A stretch of DNA of 64,000 nucleotides from the sequence record MT135025.1. One strand, 5' to 3'. The notes under the pieces were generated by a model that worked only from the letters and a program-made list of their open reading frames with translations, was not told the origin of the DNA and ran no database searches. Positions 19,092-29,584 of this stretch are shown here, piece by piece. The position numbers and the translations under genes were made by a program. Numbering within the stretch: position 1 is the stretch's first letter; the number at the start of each line of letters is the position of its first letter.

Positions 19092-20771
19092 ATGACAATT
19101 CAAAAGCCTATCATTACAGAGCTTAGATATGTAAATGGTCAACCAGATCCTTCTCAACGTCCCGATCAAACTCGAATTAACTGGGCTAAGAATGGTGAGA
19201 GCATCAATGGTGCTTCTGGTGACACAGTTTCTGACGGTGTGCTAAACCGCGCAGGAGTACAGATCCAAGAAAACGTTCTGAACACACATTATAATACAAA
19301 AGCACAGCAAACGACAATCGAAGAACTTGTCGATACCGTAAACGAACTGACGGGTGGTGGCGACGCAAACCTTGGTGCTCGTGTTTCTCAGACTGAATTC
19401 GATATTGATGTTCTTGAAAATCAAGTAGATGATCTTCAAGACAATGTTGGTGTACCGTCTACTATTGATGTTATGGCAACCGGTTTATATCGTCGCGCTG
19501 AAGACATCGAAGCTGATATTGGTGTTCGTAACCCAAATGACATCCCAAATGACGTTGAGAATAATGACACGATTCGTAAAGACTTGTATTTCATCAAACG
19601 TCGTATCGGTAACGACCGTAACTACGATGTCAACGGGAATTCATCTCCGAGTACAAACCCAACTGGTATGAAATATCAGATTGAAGATTTGTACAACAAA
19701 ACTGCAACGATCAATGCTGAAATTGGTGAAAACACAATCCCGTTGACAATCAATGGTCGTCTGTATGAGTTGGAGCAAAACTCACAAGTTGGTGACGTTG
19801 CTGAACTTCGTAGCGAAATCGGCGATTCTCAAGATGCAGACCCTGCTCGTACGATTTATTTGCGCCTTGACGACGCAGAAAGTGCGATTAGTGACAACTC
19901 ATCAGACATAAATTTGTTGCAACAAGAAATCGAAACTCCAACAACTGGTCTAATTGATCGCGTTTCGGCTAATGAAACTGCAATTTCAGACGGTCAGACT
20001 CAAATCACGGCTAATGCTCAGTCAATTAATGACATTACAACTGACCTTGGCTCGTACTCAGTAGGTGACGTGTATGCAGGTACGGTTAAAGCTCGTCTAT
20101 CGACGTTTAACGACGACATTTCTAATCTATGGAGCCGTTTAGGGGCTACTGACGCAGAGACTGGCACAGTGTCGTACAGAGTGGCAGGATTAGAGGCTAG
20201 TCTAGGGGATCGCGATAGTCCGGTTGAATTCACAGCGTGGTACACTATTCAAGAAAACCGTGGTCTGATTGACTCAGCTCAGTCGGATGTTGATGGTCTA
20301 TTGACTGTAGTCGGTCAGAGTGATACTGAAGTGGGTACTTTGCGTGCTCGTGTTCTTGAGCTTGAAGCCAACTTGGATTATGCAATGTTGACTTCAGACA
20401 CGCCAAACACGGCATCGTTGACAACAACACCGACAGACATGTTCAGTTTATTCAACGTTGAATCAGACGTAAGTGGTTTCACATACACAGGTGGTGTTTT
20501 GACTAGAACTGGTCTTGGTATTAAAAAGCCGATCATGTTGAACTGGGTAGTTGTTTCGCCAACTACAACAACACTTACGATTAAGATTGATATTGTCAAT
20601 CCGTCTGGTAGTGTTACTATTGAAAAAACACGTACGCTTCGTGCAGGTGCAGTTACGCCGATCAATATTGTTCACGTTGCTGACATTGAAGACACTGGTG
20701 ACATTAGTATTCTTGCTAGTACTGCGGCAAACGTTACGATTGAACACGAATCGTTCTTCATGCAACTATAA
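19092..20771 (+). CDS. wac: Fibritin (neck whiskers)
   Basis: N-terminus 'LRYVNGQPD...RINWAKNGE..NGAS......DGVLNRAGVQIQEN' as in T4 Wac, a long segmented coiled coil, and position between 12 and 13. Confidence 0.9.
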   Translation: MTIQKPIITELRYVNGQPDPSQRPDQTRINWAKNGESINGASGDTVSDGVLNRAGVQIQENVLNTHYNTKAQQTTIEELVDTVNELTGGGDANLGARVSQTEFDIDVLENQVDDLQDNVGVPSTIDVMATGLYRRAEDIEADIGVRNPNDIPNDVENNDTIRKDLYFIKRRIGNDRNYDVNGNSSPSTNPTGMKYQIEDLYNKTATINAEIGENTIPLTINGRLYELEQNSQVGDVAELRSEIGDSQDADPARTIYLRLDDAESAISDNSSDINLLQQEIETPTTGLIDRVSANETAISDGQTQITANAQSINDITTDLGSYSVGDVYAGTVKARLSTFNDDISNLWSRLGATDAETGTVSYRVAGLEASLGDRDSPVEFTAWYTIQENRGLIDSAQSDVDGLLTVVGQSDTEVGTLRARVLELEANLDYAMLTSDTPNTASLTTTPTDMFSLFNVESDVSGFTYTGGVLTRTGLGIKKPIMLNWVVVSPTTTTLTIKIDIVNPSGSVTIEKTRTLRAGAVTPINIVHVADIEDTGDISILASTAANVTIEHESFFMQL

Positions 20772-20781
20772 GGGGTAATTT

Positions 20782-21705
20782 ATGCAAGCGTATAACGCCA
20801 CATCGCCTCGTGAAATGAAAGATTTGATTTTAAGGCGCCTAGGTGCGCCTATTGTCAACGTCGAAGTATCTGAAGATCAGGTATACGACTGTATTTCTCG
20901 TGCGCTTGAATTATACATTGAGTATCACCCAGACGGTGTTAATAAAACGTATTCTATCATTTCATTATCTGAAGAGCAAGCTCAGACAGGCATCATCGAC
21001 TTGGATATCCCTGCGACTGCTATCACTAAGATTTTGCGTGCAGAAAGTTCGTTTTTCACTATGGATGGTAATGCTACTTACTCATGGTTTAGTGATTTTC
21101 TACAAGGTCTAGCTGGCGGTCCCGGTGCGGGGTCGTGTAACTCATATCATCAGGGGATGTTAGGTCAAGGTAGTCTAAGTGACTACTGGAACTTGATGTC
21201 ATACAAAAATATGTTGACTGACTTGTTATCACCTGAATACGATTATTGGTATAATGGCGTAAACAAGCAGCTTCGTATCAATGCAAACTTGAGTGCAGGT
21301 GAGCTTATTGTAGTTGAAGCATTTGTTCCTAGTGCGTTGTTGGTTTCTGAATCGGCAACTGGTATTATTGGTAACAAAGCAGCTACTATCGGCTCATATG
21401 AAGATACGACTGCACAAGAGCGTTGGGATGACCCATACAGCATTCTTCGTCAGAACAACACAATCGGTAACCCGAACCAATTCGCTGAACAAAATGCTTA
21501 TTCAGTTCGCTGGGTTAAAGACATGGCAACCGCTATGACTAAGCAAATGAACGGCGTTATCTTGAAAAAACATCAAGGGTTGCAATTGCCAGGTGGAATT
21601 ACAATTGATGGTAAGGAAATTTACGATGAGGCAACTCAAGAGATTGAGAGGCTACGTGAAGAGCTAATGTCATTGACTGTTCCACTAGGCGTATTCATGG
21701 GGTGA
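20782..21705 (+). CDS. 13: Neck protein gp13
   Basis: 'SPREMKDLILRRLGAPIVNVEVSEDQVYDCISRALELYIEYH' and 'QLPGGITIDG'. Confidence 0.95.
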   Translation: MQAYNATSPREMKDLILRRLGAPIVNVEVSEDQVYDCISRALELYIEYHPDGVNKTYSIISLSEEQAQTGIIDLDIPATAITKILRAESSFFTMDGNATYSWFSDFLQGLAGGPGAGSCNSYHQGMLGQGSLSDYWNLMSYKNMLTDLLSPEYDYWYNGVNKQLRINANLSAGELIVVEAFVPSALLVSESATGIIGNKAATIGSYEDTTAQERWDDPYSILRQNNTIGNPNQFAEQNAYSVRWVKDMATAMTKQMNGVILKKHQGLQLPGGITIDGKEIYDEATQEIERLREELMSLTVPLGVFMG

Positions 21706-21708
21706 TTT

Positions 21709-22545
21709 ATGGGAGCATACGACACTAATACGGGTGGTATGTTCGCTAAGTTAGAAAGTCAAAAAGGGTATGATCAGATTTACAACAATCACTTGGTCAA
21801 CCCTTATTTTAACTGGGTGAATCATACTAATGAGCAGAATCTAACGGACATGCTCGTAGCAGAATCAATCATCAACCGAGGGGTTGAATGTGTGTATCTG
21901 CGAAGAGAAATGGAAAAGGTCGATCTTGTGTTCGGCGAAGACCCAATGAGTAAATTCACTCAGAACTTTCGAATGTCTCTTTACGTCGAATCATTTGAAG
22001 GGTGGGATGGTGACGGCGATTGGTACAGTAAATTCGGATTTCAAGTGAATGATGAAATGAACGTCTGTATCAACCCGAAATTGTTCGCTCAACAAGGCGA
22101 CGGTAAGCAGCCGTTAATGGGTGATTTAATTTACTTCCCTCTTGCAAATAGTCTTTTTGAGATTAGTTGGATTGAGCGCGAAGACCCTTGGTATATGAAC
22201 GGTGTTCTACCTATGCGCAAGATGAAAATGACTAAATTCGTTTACTCCGGTGAAGAAATTAATCTTGAGAAGCCAGAGGCAGTCATTGATTCAATTGACG
22301 ATATTCTAAACTTTGGAGAAGATACTGACGAAATGATTGACATTGACAAAATCAATGCACTTGACGGGCGTTGGGATATTGGTATCGAACAAGGTGCTGA
22401 AATTACTCAAATCGAAGATGAAGTTGACAAGTTCTATGAGTCTGAGCAAGTCGTGCCTAGCGGCAGTGACGTTCAGCCTACAGACCCGCGCAACGCAACG
22501 ATTGGTTTCAATGTAAATAACAGTAATCCATTCGACAGTTTTTAA
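21709..22545 (+). CDS. 14: Neck protein gp14
   Basis: 'EQNLTDMLVAESIINRG', 'LVFGEDPMSKF', 'GDLIYFPLANSLFEISWIERED'. Confidence 0.95.
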   Translation: MGAYDTNTGGMFAKLESQKGYDQIYNNHLVNPYFNWVNHTNEQNLTDMLVAESIINRGVECVYLRREMEKVDLVFGEDPMSKFTQNFRMSLYVESFEGWDGDGDWYSKFGFQVNDEMNVCINPKLFAQQGDGKQPLMGDLIYFPLANSLFEISWIEREDPWYMNGVLPMRKMKMTKFVYSGEEINLEKPEAVIDSIDDILNFGEDTDEMIDIDKINALDGRWDIGIEQGAEITQIEDEVDKFYESEQVVPSGSDVQPTDPRNATIGFNVNNSNPFDSF

Positions 22546-22554
22546 GGGGGCATC

Positions 22555-23907
22555 GTGAAAGGGTATTTCTATCACAGATCGATACGAAAATACGTTCTCT
22601 TGATGGGAAACTTGTTCTCTAACATATACGTGTCTCGCGGAGACGGGTATAGAAAGGTGCCAATTACAGTTTCATCAAAGGAGCACTTTGTTGCATCTTT
22701 GAACAGTCAAGAGCTTAACGGCGACGGTAGCGTGGCAAATGTAGCTACGCTGCTACCAAGAATTGGCTTGGACATGGTTTCGTGTACGTATGACGCTACT
22801 CGAAAGACAAACATTGCAAATCGTAAGCTGACACGTGACTTTACGGGAGACCGACCTAAGTCGAACAAGTTGTTTAACCCTGTCCCTTACGACTTCGAAT
22901 TTGAAGTGAGCGTTTATACGCGACATCAGGATGATGCATTTCAGATTATAGAACAAATACTACCATACTTTCAACCTCAGTTCAATACAATGATCAAAGA
23001 GCTTGATGAAAATGAAGTTGTGGTAGACCAGCGTGATATTCCGATCATCTTAGAATCGGCTGTTCCTGAGACAACGTTCGAGGGTGCGGCTGGTGATATG
23101 AGACACATCGAATGGACGCTTAACTTGCGAATGAAAGGTTGGCTATATCCGCCTACAAACGCACAGTTTGGTGAAATCAGAACGATTTACCTAAACTTTC
23201 AAGATGAAGAACAAACGATCATTCACGCAGAGCGCGAAGCGGTTACAAGCTCTTACGACATTCTTTGGAAAGTTCGCTCAGAGGTTGAAGCACTTACTAC
23301 GTTCGGATGGCGTCATAGCGTTGATAGTCTATACGGTCTTGTATGGAACACACGTGGCGATATTGTCAGCGATCTTGAAATTGACTGGAATCGTCGATTC
23401 AGCATCACAGATGCATTGCAAATTGATTGGTCAACACGTTCAAGCGCGAGTTCTGAGCTATTGGTTGATTGGAATATTCGTGATGTCGTCGGTCGAGACT
23501 ACGATGTTGACTGGTACAACCGTCAGATCATTGAAAGCACATACGACTCGCCTTGGGGCGTATCACCAATTGCTTCTAATGAACTGGCAATCGACTGGGA
23601 TACACGTGAGTTTGTTGAACTCAACACCGACATTCAGTGGTCAGAGGGTGCAATTGCTGAAAGTAGCTTAGATGTTGTTTGGAATCGTTCTCAATATGTT
23701 GAAGCAGTGTCAGACATAGATTGGTCGACTCGCGCAGTCGTAACATCGGTCAATGACATAGATTGGTCAACACGTTCTGAACTATCGGCATCTACTGATA
23801 TTAACTACAACATGTCTTCACAAGTAACAAGCAGCTACGAAATGTACTACCTACCGGGTGAACTTGCTTGGAACTTCACTGACGTGACGTACAACATTGA
23901 AAACTAA
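22555..23907 (+). CDS. 15: Tail terminator gp15 with a long C-terminal repeat extension
   Basis: 'YFYHRSIRKYVLLMGNLFS', 'LPRIGLDM', 'NPVPYDFEFEVSVYTRHQDDAFQIIEQILPYFQPQFN'. GTG start; 450 aa versus about 270 aa in T4. Confidence 0.95.
   Translation: MKGYFYHRSIRKYVLLMGNLFSNIYVSRGDGYRKVPITVSSKEHFVASLNSQELNGDGSVANVATLLPRIGLDMVSCTYDATRKTNIANRKLTRDFTGDRPKSNKLFNPVPYDFEFEVSVYTRHQDDAFQIIEQILPYFQPQFNTMIKELDENEVVVDQRDIPIILESAVPETTFEGAAGDMRHIEWTLNLRMKGWLYPPTNAQFGEIRTIYLNFQDEEQTIIHAEREAVTSSYDILWKVRSEVEALTTFGWRHSVDSLYGLVWNTRGDIVSDLEIDWNRRFSITDALQIDWSTRSSASSELLVDWNIRDVVGRDYDVDWYNRQIIESTYDSPWGVSPIASNELAIDWDTREFVELNTDIQWSEGAIAESSLDVVWNRSQYVEAVSDIDWSTRAVVTSVNDIDWSTRSELSASTDINYNMSSQVTSSYEMYYLPGELAWNFTDVTYNIEN
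23245..23856 (+). repeat. Coding tandem repeat: 15 units of 14 aa anchored by Trp/Tyr in gp15
   Basis: W at residues 238, 252, 264, 278, 292, 306, 320, 334, 348, 362, 376, 390 and 404, then Y418 and Y432. Consensus xxLxIDWxxRxxV. Confidence 0.9.
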
Positions 23908-23912
23908 TACGT

Positions 23913-23937
23913 ATGGTCTTCTAAATATGAAGACCAT
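23913..23937 (+). promoter_or_regulatory. Perfect 9-bp hairpin whose loop holds the late-promoter core TAAATA
   Basis: ATGGTCTTC-TAAATAT-GAAGACCAT, which contains TCTAAATA. Confidence 0.6.
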
Positions 23938-23961
23938 CCTTATCTTTTTGGAGAGCTAACA

Positions 23962-24510
23962 ATGCCTATCGTAACAGGTGATTTGAAATTTAAGAAAAGT
24001 CTGCACGTAGTTGCAGCGGGACCGGGTAACGGCAATACGCATGATCTAGAAATTGATTCACTTGGTGGCGGTATTAGTGCTACTGAATTAGTGTCTGGTG
24101 AATTGCACGGTCTTTTTGATGCTGTGCCGTCAGCGGAAGCAGCATCAGGACGTGTTGAGTATCGTTTGATTTACGTACAGAACACACACGCTACATTGAC
24201 ACTGTATGATGCGAAAGTATTCATCTTTGCAAATACAGCATCGCCAGATTCAACAATCGAAATCGGTCTGGACCCTGTAGCAGGCAATGGCGTTGACTCG
24301 CTGATCTTGCTAGATGATGAAGTTGACTCAGGTAATGAATTGTCTGCGGTAGTATTCGGTGAACATTCTGATTTCGCATCAGGTCTAGACATCGGTAATC
24401 TACAAGCAGGTGAACAACGCGCCGTTTGGGTTCGTCGTACAATCAGTCCGGGTGCAGCGGCAGCGGCAGAAACTGCAACAATATCATTGCGCGGTGACAC
24501 TGACGCTTAA
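23962..24510 (+). CDS. Uncharacterised virion-type protein between 15 and 16
   Basis: 182 aa, good GGAG RBS, beta-rich. Motif 'SLGGGIS...LFDAV...EA..G.VEYRLIYVQN' of a kind seen in phage tail regions; absent from this position in T4. Confidence 0.8.
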   Translation: MPIVTGDLKFKKSLHVVAAGPGNGNTHDLEIDSLGGGISATELVSGELHGLFDAVPSAEAASGRVEYRLIYVQNTHATLTLYDAKVFIFANTASPDSTIEIGLDPVAGNGVDSLILLDDEVDSGNELSAVVFGEHSDFASGLDIGNLQAGEQRAVWVRRTISPGAAAAAETATISLRGDTDA

Positions 24511-24621
24511 ATGCTTATTTTAACGCTGTGTGCAGCTCGTACGCAGCGTTTGTCTATTTTATTGAGTGTTTGTACTCATATTATTGAAAAGACGCTCACA
24601 GAGCGTTTTAGAGAGGAACGT

Positions 24622-26932
<2,311 letters not shown>

Positions 26933-26933
26933 T

Positions 26934-26941
26934 TATAAATA
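26934..26941 (+). promoter_or_regulatory. Late promoter for gene 18
   Basis: TATAAATA. Confidence 0.9.
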
Positions 26942-26978
26942 TTGAATGAACAAACAACTTAATGGTAAGGAAAAATAA

Positions 26979-28994
26979 ATGACTCTTTTATCTCCGGGCA
27001 TCGAAAATAAAGAGATTAACCTTGCAAGTGCTATCGGTCGTGCGGCAACAGGTCGTGCGGCTATGGTGGGGAAATTTGAGTGGGGTCCAGCTTACAGCAT
27101 CACTCAGGTAACTTCAGAGTCTGACTTGGTTACTATTTTCGGTCGTCCAAACGACTATACCGCAGCTTCATTCATGACTGCAAACAACTTCTTGAAGTAT
27201 GGTAACGATCTGCGTTTGGTTCGTATCTGTGATGCAACAACTGCACAGAACGCGACTCCACTGTACAACGCAGTTGAATATACTATCGGCGCTTCAAACG
27301 GTTGTGTTGTGGGTGATGACATTACAATCACTTACTCGGGCGTTGGTGCGCTAACTGCAAAGGGTAAAGTTCTAGCAGTTGACGCTGGTAACAACAACGC
27401 TGCATCGAAGATTTTCTTGCCTTCTGCTGAAATCGTCGCTGCTGCGAAAGCTGACGGGAACTACCCGGGTGTGGGTACTATCACACTTCAGCCAACTCAA
27501 GGTGACATTGCACTAACAAACATTGAAATCATCGACACGGGTTCAGTTTACTTCCCTAACATCGAGCTTGCTTTTGATGCGTTGACAGCAATCGAAACTG
27601 AAGGCGGTGCGCTGAAATACGCTGATCTAATCGAGAAGCAAGGTTTCCCACGTCTTTCTGCACGCTATGTAGGCGACTTTGGTGATGCAATCTCAGTAGA
27701 GATCATCAACTACGCTGATTATCAGACTGCATTTGCATTCGCAGCGGGTCACACACTAGGCGACATCGAACTTCCAATCTACCCAGATGGCGGTACACGT
27801 TCGATCAACCTATCGAGCTACTTCACATTCGGTCCGTCGAACAGCAATCAATACGCTGTAATCGTTCGTGTATCTGGTGAAGTTGAAGAAGCGTTCATCG
27901 TTTCGACTAACCCAGGCGACAAAGACGTAAACGGTCAATCAATCTTCATTGATGAGTACTTTGAAAACAGTGGGTCGGCTTACATCACTGCTATCGCAGA
28001 GGGATGGAAAACTGAATCTGGTGCGTACAACTTCGGCGGTGGCTCAGATGCTAACGCGGGTGCTGACGATTGGATGTTCGGTCTAGACATGCTATCTGAC
28101 CCAGAAGTGCTTTACACTAACCTAGTTATTGCGGGTAACGCTGCGGCTGAAGAAGTTTCAATTGCTTCAACTGTTCAGAAATACGCGATTGACTCAGTTG
28201 GTAACGTTCGTCAAGACTGTGTGGTATTCGTATCTCCGCCTCAGTCACTGATTGTTAACAAGCAAGCAGGTACTGCGGTAGCGAATATTCAAGGCTGGCG
28301 TACGGGCATCGACCCTACGAATGGCCAAGCAGTAGTTGACAATCTAAATGTAAGCACAACTTACGCAGTGATTGACGGCAACTATAAGTATCAATACGAC
28401 AAGTACAACGACCGCAATCGCTGGGTTCCACTAGCAGGTGATATTGCTGGTCTATGTGCGTACACTGATCAAGTCTCACAGCCTTGGATGTCGCCAGCGG
28501 GCTTCAACCGCGGTCAGATCAAGGGCGTAAACCGTCTAGCAGTAGACTTGCGTCGTGCGCATCGTGATGCACTGTATCAAATCGGTATCAACCCTGTAGT
28601 CGGCTTTGCTGGTCAAGGTTTCGTACTGTACGGTGATAAGACTGCTACACAGCAAGCAAGTGCATTTGACCGCATCAACGTGCGTCGTCTGTTCAACTTG
28701 CTGAAGAAAGCAATCTCAGACGCTGCTAAGTACCGCCTATTTGAATTGAACGATGAGTTCACACGCTCAAGCTTCAAGTCAGAGATCGACGCTTACTTGA
28801 CTAATATTCAAGATCTAGGTGGCATATACGACTTCCGCGTTGTGTGTGATGAAACTAACAACCCTGGCTCTGTCATCGACAGAAACGAGTTTGTGGCAAG
28901 TATCTACGTGAAACCTGCTAAGTCAATCAACTTCATTACGCTGAACTTCGTAGCAACGTCAACTGACGCTGACTTCGCAGAAATCATCGGTTAA
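26979..28994 (+). CDS. 18: Tail sheath protein gp18
   Basis: 'LLSPGIENKE', 'GKFEWGPA', 'QPWMSPAGFNRG', 'FDRINVRRLF'. Confidence 0.98.
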   Translation: MTLLSPGIENKEINLASAIGRAATGRAAMVGKFEWGPAYSITQVTSESDLVTIFGRPNDYTAASFMTANNFLKYGNDLRLVRICDATTAQNATPLYNAVEYTIGASNGCVVGDDITITYSGVGALTAKGKVLAVDAGNNNAASKIFLPSAEIVAAAKADGNYPGVGTITLQPTQGDIALTNIEIIDTGSVYFPNIELAFDALTAIETEGGALKYADLIEKQGFPRLSARYVGDFGDAISVEIINYADYQTAFAFAAGHTLGDIELPIYPDGGTRSINLSSYFTFGPSNSNQYAVIVRVSGEVEEAFIVSTNPGDKDVNGQSIFIDEYFENSGSAYITAIAEGWKTESGAYNFGGGSDANAGADDWMFGLDMLSDPEVLYTNLVIAGNAAAEEVSIASTVQKYAIDSVGNVRQDCVVFVSPPQSLIVNKQAGTAVANIQGWRTGIDPTNGQAVVDNLNVSTTYAVIDGNYKYQYDKYNDRNRWVPLAGDIAGLCAYTDQVSQPWMSPAGFNRGQIKGVNRLAVDLRRAHRDALYQIGINPVVGFAGQGFVLYGDKTATQQASAFDRINVRRLFNLLKKAISDAAKYRLFELNDEFTRSSFKSEIDAYLTNIQDLGGIYDFRVVCDETNNPGSVIDRNEFVASIYVKPAKSINFITLNFVATSTDADFAEIIG

Positions 28995-29004
28995 GAGCAA
29001 TCAC

Positions 29005-29030
29005 GAGGGGCTTTTTAGCCCCTCTAAATA
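29005..29030 (+). promoter_or_regulatory. Hairpin immediately followed by late promoter TCTAAATA for gene 19
   Basis: GAGGGGCT-TTTT-AGCCCCTC-TAAATA. Confidence 0.7.
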
Positions 29031-29044
29031 AAAGGTAAGAGAAA

Positions 29045-29545
29045 ATGGCACTTAATGTAGACAACATTAAAAGAGCTTTCAGCAACGGTGATTTCGCTCG
29101 TCCTAACTTGTTCGAAGTTGAGATTCCGTATCTGGGACAGAACTTTAAATTTCAATGTCGCGCCTCTTCAATGCCGCCGGGCAGTGTTGAGAAAGTGGAA
29201 GTTTCATATCAAAACCGTAAGTACAACATTGCGGGCGACCGTACGTTCGACGATTGGAACGTTACTGTGTACAACGATGAAACTCACGACATTCGCAAGG
29301 CAATTATGGCATGGCAAGCGCGTGCTGTAGGCTTAGGCAAAGACATTTCAGGTGAAACGCCTGACCAGTACAAACGTACTGGTACAATCACACAGTTAGA
29401 CCGTAACGGTGATCCGACTACTTCGGCAACTGTATACGGAATTTTCCCAACTGTGGTGGGTGAAGTTGCGCTTGACTGGGACTCAAACAACGAGATCGAA
29501 ACGTTTGAAGTAACATTCAGCCTTGATTACTTCACATTAGATTAA
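29045..29545 (+). CDS. 19: Tail tube protein gp19
   Basis: 'GDFARPNLFEVEIP', 'GDRTFDDWNVTVYNDE', 'LDWDSNNEIETFEVTFSLDY'. Confidence 0.98.
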   Translation: MALNVDNIKRAFSNGDFARPNLFEVEIPYLGQNFKFQCRASSMPPGSVEKVEVSYQNRKYNIAGDRTFDDWNVTVYNDETHDIRKAIMAWQARAVGLGKDISGETPDQYKRTGTITQLDRNGDPTTSATVYGIFPTVVGEVALDWDSNNEIETFEVTFSLDYFTLD

Positions 29546-29552
29546 GAACAAT

Positions 29553-29574
29553 AGGGGCGTTCAGCCCCTTTATT
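29553..29574 (+). terminator. Hairpin/attenuator between genes 19 and 20
   Basis: AGGGGC-GTTCA-GCCCCT-TTATT. Confidence 0.55.
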
Positions 29575-29584
29575 GAGGTAAAAT

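Noticed and set aside
24511-24621. Longer ORF-track starts for gp16, and likewise for gp34 (53771), rnh (53674), uvsY (47060), gp11 (15134) and the 63187 ORF
   Set aside because: The extensions run through hairpins, promoters or the neighbouring gene and lack an RBS. Downstream ATGs have clear Shine-Dalgarno sequences or coupling and match homologue N-termini.
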